Origin: Hormiphora californensis | Lineage: Eukaryota; Animalia; Ctenophora | Length of the DNA: 64,000 bases | NCBI GenBank assembly: GCA_020137815.1 | Contig: CM035356.1 | Span: forward strand, 1,860,001 to 1,924,000 | Direction of reading: 5' to 3' | In this document: piece by piece, positions 36,650-64,000 of the stretch | Position numbering within the stretch: the stretch's first letter is position 1 | How the letters are laid out: each line of letters opens with the position of its first letter | Translations under genes and position numbers: made by a program | Notes under the pieces: generated by a model | Databases searched by the model: none | The model's input: only the letters and a program-made list of their open reading frames with translations | What the model was told of the DNA's origin: nothing

Positions 36650-39600
36650 TTCTCTCTCACCCATAACTCTCATTTTATCTTGTCGGTATTAGCGTTGCTC
36701 GGCAGTCGTCTATTGAACTCCACCACCAGGTCATGCATTATACTCTCAAATATCGCCCAATCACTTCTTCTAGAATCCAAACCCTTATTTTAGGATCCAA
36801 ACCCTTATTACCCTTGGTAATGAAATCGTAACCCTTATTACCCCACTTCTACGTATCTGTAGCGTGTTATAGAAGCACCCCTTTCTTCATTAATAGGGTC
36901 ACCCTCTAACCCCACCCCACATCCCTCCAGATTGCAACCACCTCTATATCTACCCCAGCTCTAGCGCCCAGCGCCTCCTAACCCCTTTTTTCTCTCTCTC
37001 TCTAGCGCCCAGCATCTCCTAATCCCTTTGTCTCTCTCTCTCTAGCGCTCAGCATCTCCTAACCCCTTTGTCTCTCTCTGCAAGGTCCAGGTTCTCCTAA
37101 CCTCTTTGTCCCTCTCTCTCTCTCTATGCAAGGTCCAGCGCCTCCTAACCCCTTTGTCTCTCTCTCTCTAGCGCCCAGCATCTCCTAACCCCTTTGTCTC
37201 TCTCTAGCGCCTCTAACCCCTTTGTCTCTGCAGGGTCCGAAGCCGACAGTTGGCGGAGGAGGAAAGGCAGCAGCTGTAGAAAAGGATCAGGAGGAGGGTT
37301 TGGTTAGTCCTGTCCATTGCAGTGGTTCGGGAGATCACACCCTGGCAAAAACCGCTGTCATTGTCAAAACTGGTGGGTGCAGTAGCTGTTAACCTTCCGA
37401 ACCTTTACCATTATGTTTACCATTATGTTAATCTCCTTATTTATCAGTTATCTATTGTCAAAACTGGTGGGTATATAAGCTGATAACCTTCCATAATATA
37501 TGCTGCTTTTATCTATTTTGTGTGTCTGTTCCTTCAGAACCGATCTACTACTTTGTATTGCTCCAGACTCATTTACAATTATCTCTCTCTATAGAGAGAG
37601 ATAACTGAGTCTGCTGCAAACCGCAGACAACTTTAGACACCCCCCCCCACTTTGTTTTGGTAGACTCTCCTTTGTAGTTTTATAGTGTGACCAGTGACCA
37701 CGGAACCGCTCCTATCTTTCATACCTCAACTCCATTCACATCTAACTATCTATCTCTCTCTATCTCTCTCTCAACTTATCTATCTACCTAGATCTATCTA
37801 TCTATCTATCTCTATCTACCTAGATCTATCCCTTTCTCCCCCTGCCAGGTGAATCGTCAGCACCAGTACAGTCAGGAGAAGCCAACAAGGAAGAAAATAA
37901 GGAATCTGAAGAGGGAGAATTTGAAACCGTCGAGGTTAAGGAAGAATTAAGAGTTCAAAGATGCAGGTATGTACTGGTTGGTTACCTAGTTACACCAAAA
38001 TTCAGTATCGTTTTTAATTTCCTAGCTCTTAACCGGTACTCAGCCCTTAGTTGGTCTGTCTAGGATTTACCAGTCAGTGTGGGATGAGTGGAACTGTGTT
38101 TGAGTGATTTTGAAAGATTGAATTGTATTAATAAGTTCCAAAATAGTTGGGAAATTTAAAAAAAACTATATTTACCCCCCCCCCCCCCCCCCCCCCCCAG
38201 ATATAAACAAGTCTATAATATAACCTCCCCCAGATATTGCAATAAAACATACGATTTTGGGGAGGAGGTCCCACAAGATGAACTATGCCCGTCAGCTCCC
38301 AACAAGCTACGGGAATCAATTGACCGCTTCATATGTATCCAGTGCTACAAAGGAGCGTGGTAAGTGTGTGAGAGACAGAGACAGAGACAGAGACAGAGAC
38401 AGAGACAGAGACAGAGACAGAGACAGAGACAGAGACAGAGACAGAGACAGACACTGAGACAGAGACAGAGACAAAGACAGAGACAGAGACAGAGACAGAC
38501 ACTGAGACAGAGACAGAGATAGAGACAGAGACAGAGACAGAGACAGAGACAGAAAGTACTCCCCATCTCTCTAACCCATCTCCACCTCTCTCTCACTGCA
38601 GGTACCATCTAACTAAGGATGTGCTGGAGGAGGAGGGGCAGGACATTGGACGGTGTAGACCGGGAGGGGGCATGACCACTGGCCATTGGTGTCTTCTGGG
38701 CATGCTCTCTGTCGTATGTGCACCTTGCCTTGTTCTCTGGTGAGTGGGTGAGATATAGCTGGGCGTTCTGTTGTGCCAACCTTGAAGGGCTGGTGTCACC
38801 GTCCGCGGCATCATAATGCTTGGAGTGGGGGCCACTGGGGGACCTCCAAACTGGTCTCGCGTGTGTTAGCGTAGGTTCAGGTATTCAGGAATTCGTTTTC
38901 CTGAATGTCTGAACCCACGCTAACACACGCGAGACCAGTTTGGAGGTCCCCCAGTGGCCCCCACTCCAAGCATGGGCGTTCTGTGTTAAATTAGCCCATT
39001 GCATTTTCAACACGAATTTGTCCTCTACGTTACAGTGTAGGTCTGACCCATCATTTTCTCCCAGGTGTCCCCTGAGTGCGTGTGAGTTGGCGGCCCAGCA
39101 GGCTGGAGTTACAGGTGGGCCCCACAACATGACCACAATTAAGAAGAAAACCACAATGATACCCACCAAACGGAAGTAAGTATTAATTAATTAGACCCTG
39201 TTAATTAGACCCTGTTAATTAAATCCCAATTAAAACCAATTAAGTTAGTTAAGTTTCATATCTTATTTCCGGCCCACCACCACAGAAAGGAGCCAAGTAC
39301 TAACAGCACTAGTAGTCCCGCTACCGTCCCGCCTGCTGAGCAGCCCCCTGCTACATCACAACAGTAGACTACTACTGTTAGTAGTGTAGTAATAGTGTGT
39401 GAGGGTAAGAGAGTGCGAGTTTGATAGCGTGATCTATTCTGCGGTGTGATTTAAAAAGCATTTTCAAAGCATTGTTAGAAAGCCTTGTGTAGTTGATGTA
39501 TACAGGGTGTCCCACCGTCTTTGCGGGACCTGTGGGACAGTGGGACACCCTGTACTTTGTCCGGCTGGTTGAATCTATTTAAATGACGTGTCACATGATA

Positions 39601-40207
39601 CTGATATCAGATCTTGTAAGCAGCACCTTATCTTCACGGGGCCTGTCTGGCACCACAGACCCAATCTGGCGCCGCCAGACAACACGGGGCGGTATTGATA
39701 TGAAGATCATGCATGCAGGAAATTCAGCAGTTTTGAACACTACTATACCGTCCCCTCTATAATAAGTTTTTTCTTGTTTGCTCCAGACATAAGGAGCGCT
39801 GTCTGGTACAGACGTCATGAAAATCCCCCCATATCTGCCTACATAACTCCAGTCTCTAACCCATTACTTCTCTTAGTAACTCTCTCTCTCTCTCTAACCC
39901 CTGATCGCTTCCTTTCAGAGAGGGAGACATGCCGATAACTCACCAGCCCATTGAGGTTCAGGTGACCCTCCCGGCTGAGGAGGAGACCGACTCTGAGGCG
40001 GAGGAACAGGCCCGGATGATGGGATATCACGAGGAGGAGGAAGAGGAGGAGGATGGATCTGGGGGAGGAGGGTCAGGTGGGAGGATTAGTAGACCACGTG
40101 TGACAGCCGTCCAACGGGCACAAAGTGAGATACAACCTGATACGAGTAGCAGTAACACCCGTCCCAGGGACCCCATTCAGCGATCCATGTCCGAGACAAG
40201 GAGGTGA
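28299..40207 (+). CDS. SPRED: SPRED-like (Sprouty-related EVH1) gene, 3' exons: 28299-28339, 31587-31719, 36115-36230, 37234-37372, 37849-37966, 38602-38739, 39065-39175, then 39286-39367 or 39919-40207
   Basis: All exons have AG/GT borders and phases match through the chain. Translation includes RCRYHLTKD...IGRC...HWCLLGMLSVVCAPCLVLWCPLSACELAAQQAGVTGGPH, which aligns to the SPRED SPR domain end (RW..L..LS...PC....PL..C.....CGCCGGKH). Confidence 0.72.
29093..29218. repeat. Nested palindrome (two hairpins inside one larger inverted repeat)
   Basis: GGTATCGAAG/CTTCGATACC occurs four times in alternating orientation. Outer arms are GGTATCGAAGTTACCCCTCCCTTGC/GCAAGGGAGGGGTAACTTCGATACC. Confidence 0.85.
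31344..31416 (+). tRNA. tRNA-Val(CAC), intronic in the SPRED-like gene
   Basis: Acceptor stem GGTTTCG/CGGAACC, A box TGGTGTAGTGG, anticodon arm TCTGC-TTCACAC-GCAGA, T arm GCGAG-TTCGAAC-CTCGC, and T-run terminator at 31420. Confidence 0.95.
31863..32890. repeat. 460-bp tandem repeat, ~2.2 nearly identical copies
   Basis: ATGAAGGAGTCATACTTTATCCC starts at 31863, 32323 and 32783. Confidence 0.95.
36212..36401 (+). repeat. 45-bp minisatellite duplicating a splice donor
   Basis: CAACCACCCCTCTCGCCAG|GTATGTCACCCATAGCAACCACATAG x4. Confidence 0.95.
36960..37233 (+). repeat. ~40-bp minisatellite duplicating branch point/polypyrimidine/acceptor
   Basis: CCTAACCCCTTTGTCTCTCTCT(CTAG/GCAAG/GCAG) x~7, ending at the acceptor used (37233). 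Confidence 0.9.
38372..38552. repeat. (GAGACA)n hexamer microsatellite
   Basis: Directly visible. Confidence 0.95.
38816..38973. mobile_element. Near-perfect 158-bp palindromic MITE in a SPRED intron
   Basis: ATGCTTGGAGTGGGGGCCACTGGGGGACCTCCAAACTGGTCTCGCGTGTGTTAGCG and its reverse complement, with a short central loop. Confidence 0.85.
39503..39552. mobile_element. 50-bp Tc1/mariner-type micro-MITE
   Basis: TA|CAGGGTGTCCCAC ... GTGGGACACCCTG|TA. Confidence 0.75.
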
Positions 40208-41582
40208 TATGAAGTGATATGAGGTGATAGGGACACTTCAATTATCTTGGAACAAGAGAGAGAGAGAGAGGGAGTAGGGTGAGAGATTTAGGGGGACAAG
40301 GTTCCCTCTACTTCTCTCTCTGAAGGTGTAAATATTGGATACACTGATCTGTGTGTGCATGTGTGTTAGTTGGTACGTTGGTTTGTCAAACCTCCCATGA
40401 GAGTAACACCATACCAACATCCGTTACCATGGGAACCGCACCCCTGACAACCACTACTAGCAACACACAGACCCACACATATCACGTGTTTATCTGATAC
40501 ACACCTCCCCCTGTGGGGCTCCCTCTCAATCTCCATACATCTAGCGTGGGAGATAAGTGACACTGCACCATACTTTATCGTTTATTATTGTTTAAGAGAG
40601 AGTGTTATTATTTGAACGTGCATGTTGGGATATCTGTTTGATATAGACAATCTTGATAAACCCAGCTAATATATCATACTTGAACAGTTTCAAGTGTATC
40701 TCTCTCAGATAGAGAGAGATATATCTGCCGAATTTAATCGCTACACATACCCAACGAGAGAGAGAGGGAGGGCGATGAATTGTCCCATATCAAGCTGCTA
40801 TATACGCCTGTTGGGAGGTGACATGGGGTGTGTGTGAGAGTGGAGACTCGCCCCCTCTATGTCACCTTCTCGCGGCCCCCAGCCCCGGTGTACCCTCTAC
40901 CCCGGTAGTTGGTACACCCTGGCTGTTGCTAGGGTCGCCATGGCAACCATATTGGAGTGTTTGTGATGATGATATATTGAGAGGTGTTATTACCCTTCCC
41001 CCCGCCACGCATGGTATATTTGAAGTGTGTTTTGTTTGAGTATATTGCGCTTATTTGTTAATGTTTACCCCCTATCCAAATTATCAATAAGTGTTGAAAA
41101 AAACAGGAGCCAACGTGTTTTTATTGCCCAACAAGATTTATTCCTCTCCCATTCCCAAGTACACCTTAAGAAGTTGAACGATCGTTCATCTCTCTGACTG
41201 TTTAGAGGCCGCGAAGTGGTCTCTATATTCACTATTCGCCTACAAAATTCAACACATACATGTTCAAAATCAGGATGCCACCACAACGGTTGTTCCTGAT
41301 CATATGCCGTCATGACGACGCGTCAGGCCAATGCTCTGATCGCGGTTCTCGCACGCTGAGAATAGGGTCAGGCCAATGCTCTAACAGATCATCTGGGGCC
41401 TGTGCAGTAGGAGAAGGTGTCCCACTTGCTAACACGAGGATCGTATTGGGCCATCCAAACAGAAGAATGAGGTCTGAACTAGACAGAATTACTTGCACGT
41501 GCAGATAAGCTAGATCGGCCTGTCACCAAGCGCAGCTAGCCCTAACAACTCAGCACGTGCAAATATATCATTCACTGACATC

Positions 41583-61923
<20,341 letters not shown>

Positions 61924-62536
61924 TGAGTAGGATAGCTACTACAAAAGCTATAATACAATAGCTACTGCAAATATCATTAGTCTAAAGATGAGGCAATACC
62001 CAAATTTGGGGCTCAAAGCATCACAAATAGCTTTTTAAAGCTGGGTAGACAGAACCAAGAATAAAAGCAAGAGATGGTGGTCTATCTTGATTAGGAAGGG
62101 GTGCAAATAGCATCTGACATCAAAAGGGACAGCGCCTTGTCTACCATGAAATACCGGGTCACGGAGAGAAAGAGGGGGCGACAGGAAGCAAGAAGTGTAT
62201 GTAGTTCCCAGGAGAAAGATAGAGATGGAGAAAAGAGAGTAGTCACCACCTACATGCACTGCCTCTCTCTACCCTGTGTGACTGAGGGTGATGCACTCTC
62301 TCCGCGGAGGGGGGGGGGGGCTAAACAAAGGCGCCTATAATTGTTCTTCTCTTCCGGGATCCCCGGCCACAGCTCTGTGGTTGTTGTACAGGGTGTGGTA
62401 CCTTCCCCTCTCTCCCTCATGAACCATGGGGGGTTCCTGCAGCGGGGCTGGGGTAATTAACTATACTTGGGGTTGAGCCAAATATTCTAATTTCTAGGAG
62501 TAAGAAGGTGGAGGTAGGGGAGTAGAGGGAGACTTA

Positions 62537-62970
62537 GGCCGGGTCCAGACGAGTGGTAGGTAGCTACTATGGTAGGCTACTATGGTAAGCTACCATAGTA
62601 GCTGGGAACTGACCAGACGAGTGGTAACAAAGCTACTATGGTAGGCTAGCTACCACTCGTCTGGCCACCCTCTGACACATCTACCATGATACTTCTGTAA
62701 TCATCGGGGGTATCAAGTTTCTTATGCCCCACAGTAAGATGTGACAACAAGTTACAATGGTAGGCGGTCAGAGGGTGAACAGACGAGTGACCACCTACTA
62801 TAGTAGCCTACCATGGTAAGCTACTATAGTAGGCGGTTATACCTCGACCTATAACCGCCTACCATAGTAGCTTATGGTAGATATAGGTGTACAGACGAGT
62901 GGTAGCTGTGGTAGATATCTACCATAGTAGCCTACCATAGTAGCTACCTACTACTCGTCTGGACCCGGCC
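62537..62970. mobile_element. PIF/Harbinger (Tourist-like) MITE
   Basis: TTA|GGCCGGGTCCAGACGAGT ... ACTCGTCTGGACCCGGCC|TTA, with internal CTACTATGGTAG subrepeats. Confidence 0.9.
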
Positions 62971-63595
62971 TTACTATATTTACTTGACTGGCGGATTCCA
63001 AGAGAAAGAGCCGTGTGAGAACATGGACAAAGTTACGATAACTTCAATTCGAATGTGAAGAATACAAACGGGATGGATGGGAAGGATTCAGAGGAAAAAC
63101 AATGTAGGGGGCATTTTGCACAACACAAAGTTGACAGTTAACTGCGGCCAACAACAACTGTACAGATCTCCCAGATCAATGACAAAAAAGACCTCATTTA
63201 GACCTGTCACATAGGGGAGGGAGAGTGGGGGAATGAAATTATCTTGAAACTTTTAATATCCCCCCATCTGTCATATGTGTGTGGGAGGGTGGGGTTCTGA
63301 TATATCTGACACTGATTGGAAACAAATCCCTAGTAGGTCTAGCTATCTGTCGAAAATCTTGATAAATCTAACCGTGATTGCAGTAGAAAGAGGGAAACTT
63401 TGTCGCAAGATTCGGATACATGTGTGGGTGGGGGGACCGGGTGTGTACAAAATGGGGGTAGCAAGCACTGAAAACGGTGCCCCTTTCTCTCCGGAAATTG
63501 CTCTCTTTTTCTATCTTTCTCTAGACTTTCTCTCTCTCTCTCCATATCTCTCTGGCTCTTTCTGTCTCTCTCTCTCTCTGTCTCTCTCCCTCTCT

Positions 63596-63702
<107 letters not shown>

Positions 63703-64000
63703 CACATCCTGGTGGTAGGTGTGTGCATTAATAAAAGTCCCGCAGCAGCAGCTCTTAGGCTACCCCCGCCACACACACAGATATGAAGGAAGTCTTTATG
63801 GTACCGATCGGCTGGGGAAGGCGAGCGAGAGAGAGAGTAAGAAATTAAGAAAGATAGTTAGTAGAGAGGGAAAGATTATTGGGGAGCGAGTAGATATTGG
63901 TTGATCTCCAGATAGATCGTCTCCCTGTCACTACTGTAGAACAGTGGATCCCCGATTGACAGATACGGCTGTCAAGTGTCAGATAGCGGTGTCTGTAAAA

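Overview
This is AT-rich, microsatellite-laden animal DNA with short GT-AG introns and many nested genes. It is most likely a ctenophore; Pleurobrachia is my guess, from recalled repeat families and nested-gene architecture, and is unverified. The main result is that segment ~13,975-27,950 appears to be assembled upside-down. Flipping it (i) joins a secreted multi-SRCR ORF (9,560-~13,970, +) to an SRCR/LDLa/7TM ORF (27,950-22,776, -), giving one apparently intronless ~3,200-aa SRCR-LDLa-GPCR with no visible LRRs; (ii) restores an EVH1 exon to a SPRED-like gene whose other exons lie on + after the gap; and (iii) turns an inverted duplicate (14.0-14.4 kb vs 28.1-28.5 kb) into an ordinary contig overlap. 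Downstream, a >20-exon coiled-coil gene (41,583->61,923, +) hosts four antisense genes in its introns: two papain-family proteases sharing a C-terminal HEHMC module, a tail-less class A GPCR, and an intact PIM-like pseudokinase. Also present are tRNA-Val(CAC) and many non-autonomous DNA transposons (hAT, PIF/Harbinger, pogo/Tc1, Chapaev-like). Unexplained patterns include foldback elements with flip/flop-like hairpin ends, recurrent tandem duplications of splice junctions, and two dispersed short motifs. Exon chains were read by eye, and coordinates in the error-rich 11.5-15.5 kb and 22.7-28.9 kb zones are approximate.
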